A stretch of 63,421 nt of DNA, counting the filler, from Nemertoderma westbladi (Eukaryota; Animalia; Xenacoelomorpha), in the NCBI GenBank assembly GCA_032718475.1. It is 4 parts of 4 records of this genome, joined end to end, with 100 filler letters (N's around TTAATTAATTAA, not from the genome) between each part and the next. Parts side by side here need not be neighbours in the genome. Positions count along the whole stretch, not along the records: positions 1 to 27,162 come from JAUCBJ010006980.1; 3 more parts are not named here. One strand, written 5' to 3'. Positions 12,713 through 25,092 of the stretch are shown in pieces; the stretch's first letter is position 1, and each line of letters starts with the position of its first letter. The notes beneath the pieces are model-generated. The model ran no database searches. It saw only the letters and a list, made by a program, of their open reading frames with translations, and had not been told where the DNA came from. The position numbers and the translations under genes are program-made.

Positions 12713-13816
12713 AATTAACTAATACATATCATCCCTTTCATTTTCAAACAACCTAAATGACAAAATTGACTTTTCCTGTAAAACGGCATTTTTCATTCTA
12801 ATTTTGTTTGAAAGTAATATTCCAGGATTTTGGTTTTATTTACTTTTAAATCATTAAATGTAACGATTCTAAACAAAAACAGTTATGGTATTGGAATTAT
12901 GTAACATATTAGGTAGGACACAATGTATATGGATATAGGTTGTTTCAAAAAAAATATTACATTTTTTACAATGATTACTCAAAAAGCATTAAAACCCTTA
13001 AGACAAATTCGATTATTAAGTTCTAAAAATGTAAATCAAATATCCCTCTATCATAATAAACAACAATTCTAGCTCCTGATTCGTTGTTTCCTATTTTATA
13101 TCAACGTTTCCCGGGTTTACTCTACTTATAATAGTAAAATGTATTATATAGGTTGTTTAAAAAAAATAATTCTTTATCATGTAATACAGTTTGTTATACT
13201 TTCAATATTTTAAGTTCAATATGAACACCGTATGCAATTAACTGAGAATTTGCTTGTCTACTCTGTTTGAGTATGATGATGATAGTGAGATCTCTCTAAT
13301 GTCACAAGAATATCCGTTTTATCTATTCACTGGACTGCCTACGTTTTGAAACTAGCGAATTAAAAGACTGATTGGTATAGAAATGCGAAACATATTTAAT
13401 AATGACGAGAATAACTATGATGTAAAACAGGTTGATTCAAGAACTGGCCATCCAGACTTCTTGGTGAGGGAAGTTTACAAACTTCAATAATCCCACCTCA
13501 TTTATGCTGCCATTGCTGAAAACGTGGATGTCAGTGATCTGGCCCTGTACGTATCCGGCTGTAAAGTCGCGTTCCAGCGATTACCAACAGGAATGGACAT
13601 ATTCGAATACTATCATACAGGGCTTCTGCTGAGACCAAATAATGGCGGAGAAGATATCATGGAAATGGCCAAGGAACCATGGGATGACTTAGAAGGGAAT
13701 GTTCTCGTCACCATAAACAATACTGAAGAAGTGCATAACCGTAGACCTGGAACAATTGCTATGGATACAAGTTATATGAAACATACACAAGGCATCAACA
13801 TGGCCAAAACTATTGT

Positions 13817-14760
13817 AGATGTAGATGATGTTTGGATATTAGTAAAGGCAGCAGAATTAGATAGTTTACTAACGAATATTAATTCTCTCAACCCAAATAC
13901 TCAGTTTACGTTAGAAAAATCATTAAACAATAAATTACCATAAATTACCAAATTACCAGAATCTCAACACCCTAATTACACAAACCAACGATGGAACTTT
14001 TAAATCTACCATATATAAGAAACCTACTCATTCAAATTGATATATGAATTATGCCAGCAACTATCATCCTAGAATAAAGTCAGGGATAGAAAAAACCTTA
14101 GGTGTTAGTTGCAATACACTATGAACTGATGGTAGTAGCTCATATCATCAATCAGAATACAGTAGAATACTTTGTGCCAATGGATATCCTACGCATATTA
14201 TTCGTAACTCCATGTATAAAGTTAATAATATGAAGTACAATAATAAACCTGATGACAGGAATTTACCTAAGAAAAGTTATATAAAAATTCCACTTCCATA
14301 TGTTCAAGGATTAACTGAGTCTCTAGAGTCTGTTTGTAGGAAATATAATGTAGATACATATTTCTAACCAGGGGTTAGTTAGTTAGTCTTAGATCAAAAC
14401 TATGTAAGGGTTACTGCAAACCCAGAAGATAGAAGCAAGAGGTGTAATTTACTCAATTTCATGTTCGTGTGGTCATATGTATGTTGGTGAATCAAAGCAT
14501 ATAGTCAACACTAGATTAGTTAGACATTCATCAGACGGAACACATAAAAGAGTAAAAGCCAAATAACTAGCAGCTCATACTGTAGAAACGGGGCATATTC
14601 CTAAGTTTGATCAAGCACAGATAGTCTATTCTAGAGAAAATAATAATTTATAAGGAAAATCTTTGAAAGTTTACTAATTAAAAGGAATAGGTCTCAGTTT
14701 TAAATAAAAGAATATCTATAGAAGTTTCAACAGTTCTGACAAGGGTTATGTCTAAATTCA
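13817..14760 (+). mobile_element. Degenerate Penelope-like element (RT C-terminus plus GIY-YIG)
   Basis: VDDVW..NSLNPNTQFTLEK..NKLP is followed by YKKPTHS..YMNYAS, IPLPYVQGLTE and GVIYSISCSCGHMYVGES. There are many stops and frameshifts. Confidence 0.85.
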
Positions 14761-15117
14761 AAATTCATTCTTAGGAAAAAATTTGGAGTGTTAGTAGGAG
14801 CTTAGGGGGTAGTAGCTTTGTAAGTTGTACAGTATAAAATGAAATAAATCAATATTTTGTGCTTTAAAGTTCTTATTTGGTTACAGTATTAGGGTAGTTT
14901 AAATAAAATATGGTGCTACAGTAGTTAAGTAATATACGAATTTATATATTTTTGTACAGTAATAGTTGTTAGTTTTTTTGTATCGCGTATCAGTAGTTAG
15001 AAATTGTGAATAATAGTGCGCGCCCGGGTTACTGCTTCAATCATGATAAGTGAAAACCAAATTTACAAATATTCAAATTATTTAATAAATTAAAAATTTA
15101 AATTAAAAATTAAAAAT

Positions 15118-16505
15118 TCTTACACAACTCGTCAACCTCATCCCCAGCCGCCTAAAAGATACCCTCGACTTCATGCAACGCGTTAAAACTCTACCTCCCC
15201 TGGATCCCGGAGACATAATTTTTAGCTTAGACATCGTTTCGATGTATACTAATATTAATGTACCCGAGGTAATCGATTTAATTACAGATTTTTTAGCCCA
15301 GCACCAATAGGAGATTAATTTATTTGGTATCACTGTTCCCGATTTTTATGGGATCTTATCGATTTGTTCTGAACTGTCTTACTTTCATTTCAACGGTAAA
15401 TTTTACCGACAATTGTTAGGCCTAGGGATGGGTAACAAGAAAGTGGCACCTTTCGCCCAATTGTATATTTATTTACAAGAACTAAAATGGTTAGGTAACT
15501 GCCACCTAGCACCAGAGTGTTGGTGGCGTTACTATGACGATGGATGGGCAATGTGGAAACACGGTGAAACTGAACTCGTTAATTTTGTCGATTACCTGAA
15601 TACTTGCCACAACACCATTAAATACACGATGGAGTTTTCGTTTTCAACGGACGCATTGATTTTGAACTTTTTGTGAAACCATCGAAAGCTGGTATCATGT
15701 TAAACTATAATAGCGCCCACCCTAAGAGTACCATCCTGAACACCGCCCGTAACGCCCTGAGACGCGCGGTGACCCACGCCACCACCATTGAAGGGGAGTC
15801 CCGGGGCCTGTCCACAATTATAAACACCCTCCACAACAACGACTCTAGTTATTAGTTATTAGTAGACTCACCCGAGAAGCCCGGGCTGGGGGCACAGGGA
15901 CAACACGGGGGGGGGGGGGGGGGGGGGGGGGGGGACGGGAACGAGAACTAGTAGACAAACATTAACCCCACTGGTATTACCTTACATCAACGAGAACATT
16001 CTACGCAAAATCAACTTAATAGTTAGACAATCACCCTTCCACAACTCAATACGGGTAGTATCAACCACTGGCCCTAAAATCAAAGACCTTTTGATTAGAA
16101 CGAACACAGTCCCACCCAAATTGCCCTAGCTTACCGAACGTGGTTTGTTACACATGTAACAATGGTCTCAAAAACAAATGTACGACGCGTAATATAGTAT
16201 ATCAGATCTCCTGCAACCTGTGTAAGGAGATCTATATTGGAGAAACCGGAGACTGGATTAGACAACGGGTTGCAAAACACCGCAACTCAGTCCGCAATAA
16301 GAATAAGAATAATGATAATGCAGTAGGGGCACATTTCACAACCACACACCCCGACAAACACACCACACCACACCCGTTCACTATCACGATTCTAAAACAT
16401 TGTAAAGATTTTGTCGATAGGAGACTTAGAGAAAAGTTAGCTATAAGACAGAAAACACCCATAATGAACACCCAATACCAAACACCATTCGACGCAGGAT
16501 GGTAA
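15118..16505 (+). mobile_element. Second Penelope-like element (RT plus GIY-YIG), frameshifted
   Basis: RT motifs are FSLDIVSMYTNI, FHFNGKFYRQLLGLGMG and WWRYYDDGW. The GIY-YIG region reads CYTC..C..NIVYQISCNLCKEIYIGET..QRVAKH..LREKLAI..PIMN. Confidence 0.9.
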
Positions 16506-16853
16506 ACGAATGTAGATCGCAGTATACTGTAGTCAGAGTTCCCATTTTTGTTTTTTGTTGTGTTTAGTTAGAATTCACACTGGTGCAATTATTATATCCT
16601 TACCAAATATTAGTGTTAAGTTGATTTCCTCATTTAGTTTATCCCACAGGACATATAGTTAGTTAATTTCTTATGTGCTTGTACACATGCTATGTGAAGG
16701 CCCACGCGACGTATGTATGAGTCATACAGGCCTACGAACCGGTACTGTTTACTTCACCTCGTGCAGATCTCTGGGTAGTTAGGTATTTTCCATAGTCAGC
16801 TAGACAAAGGCCTCTCAGTTATTTCTTTATTTTTTGTTATACCAATTAATATA

Positions 16854-16973
16854 CCACATTTACTCGAATAAGAGCCTGGGCGTTTAAGTTTATAAATTTC
16901 CAATTGGAATTGGGGAGGCGTTTATTCGAGGGGCCATTTATATGATGGTGTGCTCTTATTCGAGTAAATACGG
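16854..16973. mobile_element. About 120-bp pogo/Tc1-mariner-type MITE
   Basis: TIRs are ccacatttactcgaataagagc and gctcttattcgagtaaatacgg. TA flanks both sides. Confidence 0.7.
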
Positions 16974-18153
16974 TACATGTCTATAATTACTAGGGGTCCC
17001 AACAGATAAGCAGTATAGTATATCTCGGGGTTATTGCAAATATCCGGCCGAATATCCCATCCAGTACACCCCAAAATAAATATACATATATATGATGTGA
17101 TTATGATTACTATTAATTAATTATAATCAATTACAAATCAGGATAAATAGTCATCATTTATAAAGTGTAAATCATGAAATAAATAAATCTGAAATATAAA
17201 GAATATTGATAAATATAATACAGAACTGCTCTAATGCTCCTCTCACGCGATCAACCACGAGAAACTTAGTTATGCTTTTTACTATATCATCCTGTCTTCT
17301 TTCCGTATTAGTCCATGGGCCAGCCAGCATAGGGGATACTTTTTGGTAACTACACAGAACTTATATTTTTGGGAAGACCTTGCTTCTGGCCATTCATTTT
17401 GATATGATAACAAATCTGAATCACCGGTTGTCATGGAAATGGTAAAACAACAAACATGCTGTAGTATTCTAATAACTCAATATAAATTCATCACATCTTT
17501 TGAAAAAGATAGCTACTGGTCTAACAATTCTAAATGTGACATAAAATTCTGGAATATAATTATTGTTACCATGGGAACGCTGATAAATGAAAACTGACAG
17601 TTTTAGAAAAATAGCTACCATTCTAGAACAATACCATTATTTTAATTGACAAATTGCCACATTTTATTGAATATTAGTTTTGGAAAATTTTGGTATACTG
17701 AGAGCTAAACCTGTTTTGTTATAACGGTGATATATGGTTCCAAAGATATACCCATGTTTGAAATATTTTTATTTTTCATCAATTTAATCTATTCCACTTG
17801 TTTCAAAATAATGACTTTATAACAAATATTTATGTCAATAAAAACCAATCAAGATGTGACTACAAATCACTTTAAAATGACAAGTGACGTCTAAATGGCA
17901 TTTCAGACAACAATACTTCACAGGTTACCATGACTACCACTACAGATGCAATTGAAGATGACTCAGATATGACACAAACAAATGACTTGACACCTACCAC
18001 AAAAGAGAGGTTAGTTCTTTTAGTATATTCACTTCAATTTATATATTTATCATACAGTAATTGTTCCTAGATGATTTCTGCAAAGATGATTCCGTCGATA
18101 ATGACATTTTTGAATACTAAATCCTCTTTATTTAATCCTACTTGGGCCGGGGG

Positions 18154-18991
18154 GCGTATTCCCAAACCTTACACTAGTAGGAAAAAATCATGTAAGGAAT
18201 GGAGATAGGGGTCGAACTAGTGTAAGAGTTTTATACTCAGTTTGCAGGTACAGTAGAAAGTGTTCCAAACGCTGTAAGGAATGGAGAAATTGGGTGAAAT
18301 CATGTAAGGGTTATTACACCAACAGTATTAGATGAGTAGACTTAACATTTGATATTATTCTAGGCAGTAGAACATTGGGTTATGGTTTATACAGGGCTGC
18401 ATGAGCTGCCCCACACATAAGGACCACACTGCGCACAATATTGTGCTTTGGCAGCCCCATAGAGAAAATAAATAAGCATGATGGACAGCCCATGACTTTC
18501 TTAAGACGCCTCCTAAAGGACACTGGCCTTGAAGATGCAGCTAATCTCGCGAAAGTTATGGGGGATAGGGAATTGTGGCGGTGCAACTTTGTTGATAAGC
18601 CGGCATAGAATTCTTAATGTACGCGGCATTTGGCTTGCCAATTGTGGATTGCATGGTTGTGGCAAATACTTTTGCCAAACTGGCATAGCATCTCAATGTG
18701 CAGTTTCAATGCAGCAGGCCGATTATAGTACTGTACAGTAGTAAATTGCTTATGAATAGTCCGTCTGCTATTCGTGTGCATCGAACTGCACTAGCGCGCT
18801 CTAGACATCTAGAGGTTTTAAGAGTTTATTTTATTTGGAGCCTTTGGAGCACTTTATAAAACCTTACACTAGTTCGACCCCTCTTTCCATTCCTTACATG
18901 ATTTCAACGTCCAATCAAATAATAACTCATTAACCAATCCCAGGTGTTAATGCAAGAGGTGTTCCAAGTAGTGTAAGGATTGGGAATACGC
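18154..18991. mobile_element. TIR MITE (possibly PIF/Harbinger-like) nested in the Academ-like element
   Basis: TIRs are gcgtattcccaaaccttacacta and tagtgtaaggattgggaatacgc. An inner inverted block lies at 18187-18233 vs 18856-18904. Confidence 0.65.
18430..18742 (+). mobile_element. Diverged RTE 3' fragment (same family as 1-433)
   Basis: Aligns by eye to 210-430 (ggacagcccatgactttctt..ggacactggcctt..tgtggcggtgcaa..gcagcaggccgat), with an internal insertion. Confidence 0.8.
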
Positions 18992-20522
18992 GCTTGGTAT
19001 AACTTTGTAATTAATCTGCATCTTTGAGTAAGGTTTGTTTGGAAAACCGAGATTTCGTGACTTTTCCTAAAATTTAATGGGTTATCCAACAGATCAAACG
19101 CCATTTACATGGTCATGTTAGTTTTCGTGCTGTGCTCCCTTTCTGGCACCCATCTCCAGTACTTTCGTACTAAGATTTTCAATAGTTTTCATTTCTAAAA
19201 TTAATTTATTTGCGATATATAGCGGTTTTTTTGGATGCTGAAAGCGATTATAGAACTGCAATATTACATTCGTGAAATTTTTTGGTAATTTTTAAAGTGT
19301 CACCTGGGGTAAAAATAAAACAAGTAGTGCAAATATGTTAGTCAAAAATCACGTCAAGAGCTTCAGTTCATTCAAATTTCGTATCCTTCCTGTTAGTACA
19401 TGACTTGAATTTGCACAACTCAATGCAATGCAATGATGTTGATGTTTGTTTTTTAGGCAGATACAGAGTGAGTACAAAACAAAGACTCAACACCCAATTA
19501 TAAAGACCTGCATAATCATCTAACATGTGTTAACTTTCGTTGATTGTTTTGGTTCCCCCAACACGCCTCAGTAACGTGCTCCTTTACTAACCTGCTCATT
19601 TAAATAGCAATGGCAGTAAAGTCTTGGGTCTTTGTTTTCTACTCAACCGGCAGATACATGTTGGTGGTTTACAATTGCAATACAGCAGAGATACAGAGAG
19701 AGAGGATAGATTATGGAGCTGGTAGAACATACATCCAATCAGGTATTACCAATCCTCCTCATCTAAGAAGATACATTGATGATGGGTACTAAGCTTATGT
19801 ACGATTGGTAGTTGGCTCGGGATAGGTGTCTCTCTTTAAACAATATTTACAAGGTGGCACCAAGGTTGACTCGATTTCTCCATGTTTTGAACAGAAAAGA
19901 CGATACCGAAGCTCGTTCACGTCATTAACTTCTGACATTCATGTAAAGCAATAAGTATTATGCATAAGTCAGATCCAAGATTGGCTGATATAGTGTTTAT
20001 GTTACAATGCGTTATTCTACTTAGAGATCCACACTTTTGATAAACCTGGCATTTCAGGACATCGTTTTCATCCCTTGTAATGTATTTGAGTTGGTTGGAG
20101 GTCATGATGGCATTGATTTGTGTCCATTTATTGCCGACACACTCATTATCATCTCGAATATGAATGTCACATACTTGATCTAGTCTTTGACGTAAGCTAT
20201 TGGATACACCCCCCCCCCCCCCCCCCCCCCACCATCCCTTTCAGTGAAACCTGCCTCTGCACTGATGTCTATATTATTCTTACGTGCTTCAGTATCGTCT
20301 TTTAATCTCAATAAGTGGAGAAATCGAGTCAACCTTTGCTGCCACCTTGTAAGTATTGTTTATACACCTACTATATATCCAAAGCCAACTACCAAGCGTA
20401 TATTTGGAAAAAAGTTTAGTATCCATCATCAATGTACCTTCTCCCATTATACTGTAGGTCTGTCTGTTAGATGAGGAGGATATGATAATACCTGATTGGA
20501 TGCATGTTCTTCCAGCTTCATC

Positions 20523-20553
<31 letters not shown>

Positions 20554-22338
20554 GTGGCTTGAAATTTTACTACGTCATGTAAACCACTAACGTATCTGCC
20601 TACAAAATAAACTTCATTGCATTGAGTTGTACAAATTCAAGTAATGCACTAAATGGAAGGAGGCGGAATTTGAATGAACTGATGCACTTGACACCTCAGA
20701 TGATGAAGGAATCATCTTTGCAGAAATCATCTAGGAAAAATTATGATAAATATATAAATTGAAGTGAAATGCCATTTAGATGTCATTTGACATTTTAAAG
20801 TGATTTGTAGTCACATCTGATTGTTTTTTTATTGGCATAAATATTTGTTAAAGTCATTATTTTGAAACAGAATGGAATGAGATTAAAATGATGAGAAATA
20901 AAAATATTTCAAACATGGGTATATCTTTGGAACCATATATCACCATTATAACAAAACAGGTTTAGCTCTCAGTATACCAAAATTTTCCAAAACTAATATT
21001 CAATAAAATGTGGTAATTTGTTTTTAAAATAATGGTATTGTTCTAGAATGGTAGCTATTTTTCTAAAACATGTCAGTTTTCATTTAGCATTCCCATGGTA
21101 ACAATAATTATATTCCAGAATTTTATGTCACATTTAGAATTGTTAGACCAGTAGCTATCTTTTTCAAAAGATGCGATGAATTTATATTGAGTTATTAGAA
21201 TACTACAGCATCTTTGTTGATTTACCATTTCCATGGCAACCGGTGATAACACCAAGTCAGCTACCGATTCAGATTTGTTATCATATCAAAATGAATGGCC
21301 AGAAGCTAGGTCTTCCCAAAAATAAAAGTTCCGGGTGGTTACCAAAAAGTATCCCCTATGCTGGCTGGCCCATGGACTATATATTCTAATGATGATATAT
21401 TATAGCAGCCTGCCATTCCTATAACTTTGTCTGCATTAGTAACGGCCTCTCTAAATTCTGATGAGGTTTTAGCATCTGCAATCTGTTGGCCATTAAATTA
21501 AATAACCGTAAATTACAGAGCTCTGCCTTTATATAAGGCTAACTGAAAGTTATAGATACCAGTATACATATTTAGCATATTACATTATTTTAATTATTAA
21601 TATTTTTACTGTTATATATATACTCAATAATTTTAATAATTACATCTAAAATCTGTAACTGGCAAAATACTATTTTCATTTATATAAATATATTAATAAC
21701 TCACCAACTTCATTTGTTGCTGCCAATCGTAATCTATTATATCACCAGTCTCAACAGAAACAAAATTAATATCTGTTGCCATTCGAATTTTGAACAACAG
21801 CAAAGAGAAATACTAAGGGAAGGGGCCACGATGAATTATGAAATAGGACAACATTGGAGCAGCAGTGTAATATTTGTTTTTGTTTAAGCCTGCACACAGA
21901 ATGTATAACAAATTAAATATATAAACATATGTTGAGGGGTTGTCTGGTCATATTGGCATGATTATAATAATCATTAATAATATATAGGATAGGCCTACTC
22001 ACTGTTGTAATCCAACGAAAGCACTCTGGAGTTAAGATCACCTTCATGAATTGGCACGTTTTGAATAGCAACTGCCACGAGGCGCATGAACTCACGCATA
22101 GGTACCCCTCGTCTATACCATCCTCATCAGTGAACTTAACGTCGTGTAAACGAAATGGTTCAAATGAACTACGTTGAAATCCGTGGAATGCCCCATCTAG
22201 AACATCATCCCTGTCATTGTTTAAAATTGTTTGTTATCAAATCGCCCTAATATGTCACTTAGAGTTTCTTCAGTAGTATCATAAGGAGGATTATCCTAAG
22301 TTATATCAATAATATCCTCATCCTCACAGTCCAAACGA

Positions 22339-22610
22339 TGGTATGTTGTTGGGACTTGGGAGGAAGTTGGACAAGTTGGTTGAGTAGAAGGTGAGATGGT
22401 ATGTTGTTGGGACTTGGGAGGAAGTTGAACAAGTAGGTTGAGTAGAAGGTGAGATGGTATGTTGTTTTTGAGGAAGTAGAAGGTGAGTTGTTGGGAGTAA
22501 GTTGGACAAGTTGGTTGAGTAGAACGTGGAATGGTATGTTGTTGGGAGGAAGTAGAAGGTTGGTTGGTAAGATGTTGGGAGGAAATTGGAGACAAGTTGG
22601 TTGAGTAGTC
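22339..22610. repeat. About 57-bp minisatellite inside the HECT pseudogene ORF
   Basis: Repeats of ggtatgttgttgggacttgggaggaagttggacaagttggttgagtagaaggtgagat. Confidence 0.85.
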
Positions 22611-24681
22611 TTAGCCTTTGAGCATATATGTACAATCTTAACTGCTTCAACATTTTTTCCTTTAAAATATCAGCAATACCATTCATGTCAACTATATAAT
22701 TACATGCATAATCCTGTAAACCAACTGCGAAATCAGTGATTGCTCCTTTACATGATAGGCCGTTTGGAAAGAACAAACCCTTACCTAATTCTAAAATTTC
22801 TGAAGTTGTCGTCTCCTTCTTTAAATCCAAAACTCTAGCGCCAACACCTGACACAGTGTGAACAGTTTTATATTCTTTGTTTGATTTGGAGTAATGCATC
22901 CAACCTAATTGAAATTGTCTCGTTTTCTTAACTGCATTCCCTGCTTGCCCACTATCACTTTCTGACTCAGCCTTATGTTTCCTATGCAAGCGCTTCCTTA
23001 CCCATTCTAACGCACTATTGCTACCGGTATCATTATTGTTACTGGTTCCTGTAGCCAAAGGTGTTTTACCTCCATTTGACTGGTTATTTTTTTGGCACAA
23101 CCTACAATAGGAAGTCACCACCAAATGATCACCATAAGCAGGTAAATAACTTCGTAGCTGAGTGTCATCTAGAAGAAGCAATACATCCTCATTGATCTTA
23201 TCACTGCTCATTTTCTCTAATTGCTCCTCGCTAAGGAACAAATGTAATCCTCCGGTATCCTCCATTAGTACTGCATTAATATAGTCTGATAGTACTGTCT
23301 GTATTAGGGCAGTAGGCCTATTTACTATCTATCTATCTATATGGGTAAAAGTAGGCCTAATTCTGTAATGGTAGAGCCTAATTTCGGAATTCACATGCAA
23401 GGAAGTCCTCTTTCAGTGGACTAGAATTAACAATGCACTGAAGGGAAGCCACACTGAAAGAAGTAACTGGTTAACTTAGTTAAAAAATTCCAAATAAACT
23501 ACCGCTTATTAGGATTATATTTGCTTATCAAACCTGCAGTTATAAAATGAATAAGTGGTTGTTTAATTATTTTAAGATGGCCTTCTTTTTTGAAAATATC
23601 TTCTTGTTTGGTATAAGAATGGCTGTTACTTGAATAAAAGTGGCAGTTTGATTATAAAAAGAACAAAGTGCTTGAAAAGGCTTTTTTTATAATAAAGACT
23701 TTCTATTGGGACCAGATCCTCTTGTTTGATAAAAGAAGGATGTTGCTTGAATAAAAGTGATAGTTTGATTTATAGAAAGATGGACATATTAACATATAGG
23801 ATAACATAAGCAGATAGGATTACATATGCTTAGATAACACCAATATGGAAACACAATTAAGTAACACAATTAAACACAATCCAGTACCATTATTATGCTA
23901 TCTTCTCTATCTATAAAATTATGAATGTCTGTTTGTTTGTCGTGAGCTAAAGGCTGTCAAGCGGGAATAGTTAATAATAATCTGTAACAACTGCATTTGT
24001 TTATTTCATAATGCTAGGAGTAATCTGATTGGCTGTTATCTCAAATGCAGAAGCCAATAATTATCCCTTGATGGCTATAAGAAAACCCTCTACACAGACA
24101 CCCCACCCCAACCATTGGATTTACTTGCTACCTCAACTAACTGGAGTTCAATAATTATAATTACATTAACATTGCTATGATATGGATAAAAATCCTTCCC
24201 CATTCACTAACATGGGGCAGATTAGATCATGCTTGAGCGAATATTGCATATTATACACTATTTTAATTTTTAATCAATAAATCACCATCAACCTTTATAT
24301 TAAACACTCGAATTAAATAAAAACTTTGTGGGAATGAAACATGGCGAATCTACCTGTGCTATTTTTAAACAGTGAACTTAATTTTACCCCCTTAAATTTA
24401 TTTATTTAAAACACTCATCGATATTAAAATTAAAATACAGATATGATACAACATAATAAATAGTAAAAAGTGAGGAGAAAACAACGTGATGTGAAAGCAC
24501 TTACAGGATGTTTTATAGGAATGACTTATAACAAATAAAAATTTACATAGAAATATATATACACTAGCAAAAATATATATACAGTAGCAAAATCGAAAAT
24601 GTATTTATTTTGGCCCCTTAGAGTACCAAACCAAGTATTAATGTACTAATAGTCTATACATAAGATAACAATTAATAATAA

Positions 24682-25092
24682 TTACATATTGCATCTAAAT
24701 TGACAAAATGCCAATAAGTTATGATCAGACACACGATGCGTAAAAATATATCTGTTATTAGAATCTACGATGCTATCGGACAATGAGTTCCAAATTGGCA
24801 CAACACGATTAGCAACAAATTTTTTGCATTGATTAAGTCTAGTTCGCTTTATGAATAGTTTATGGTTATGTCCTCTGAGACCGGGTCTAGAGGGGCGTGT
24901 AAAAAATTCATCAAAATTAAGGTCGATTAAATTTCGTTCAATGGAATATACCATCTTAAGATCGAAAATAATACGCCTTAGTTCAAGAGGTTGTAACACG
25001 AGAAAGTTGAGTCGGTCGAGGTAGCTACTATAGGACAAACCGCACCGCAAATAAAGTCTACGTGTAAAATATCTTTGTACATTCTCAACCAA
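24682..25092 (-). mobile_element. 5'-truncated CR1-type LINE (ORF2 C-terminus; 3' UTR extends to lower coordinates)
   Basis: ENVQRYFTRRL..YLDRL..LQPLELRR..DL..GLRGHNHKL..RVVPIWNSL. Confidence 0.85.

Larger units (their letters stand above)
17309..21379. mobile_element. Academ-like palindromic non-autonomous DNA transposon (TAG...CTA ends, TAT TSD)
   Basis: Arms of about 700 bp (17309-18092 and 20709-21379) are reverse complements, and inner arms continue (about 19350-19940 vs 20280-20695). TAT occurs at 17306-17308 and 21380-21382. Both arms hold remnants of the Academ-type C-terminal motif ELRYRLFC..GEIES..PPC..ANYQ. Confidence 0.85.
17221..23265 (-). pseudogene. Multi-exon G2E3-like HECT ubiquitin ligase pseudogene, interrupted by the element at 17309-21379
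   Basis: The N-terminal ORF 22324-23265 has a SAM-like start and the QLGW..GARVLDL..LFFPNG pattern. The HECT N-lobe at about 22010-22215 reads RDDVLDGAFHGF..VKFTDEDGIDEG/PMREFMRL, with a frameshift, and ends at a GTGAGT donor. An exon at about 21706-21890 reads YYTAA..IIHRGPFP*YFS. An exon at 21380-21483 continues at 17308-17221 (IVKSITKFLVVDRVRGALEQF). Confidence 0.75.
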
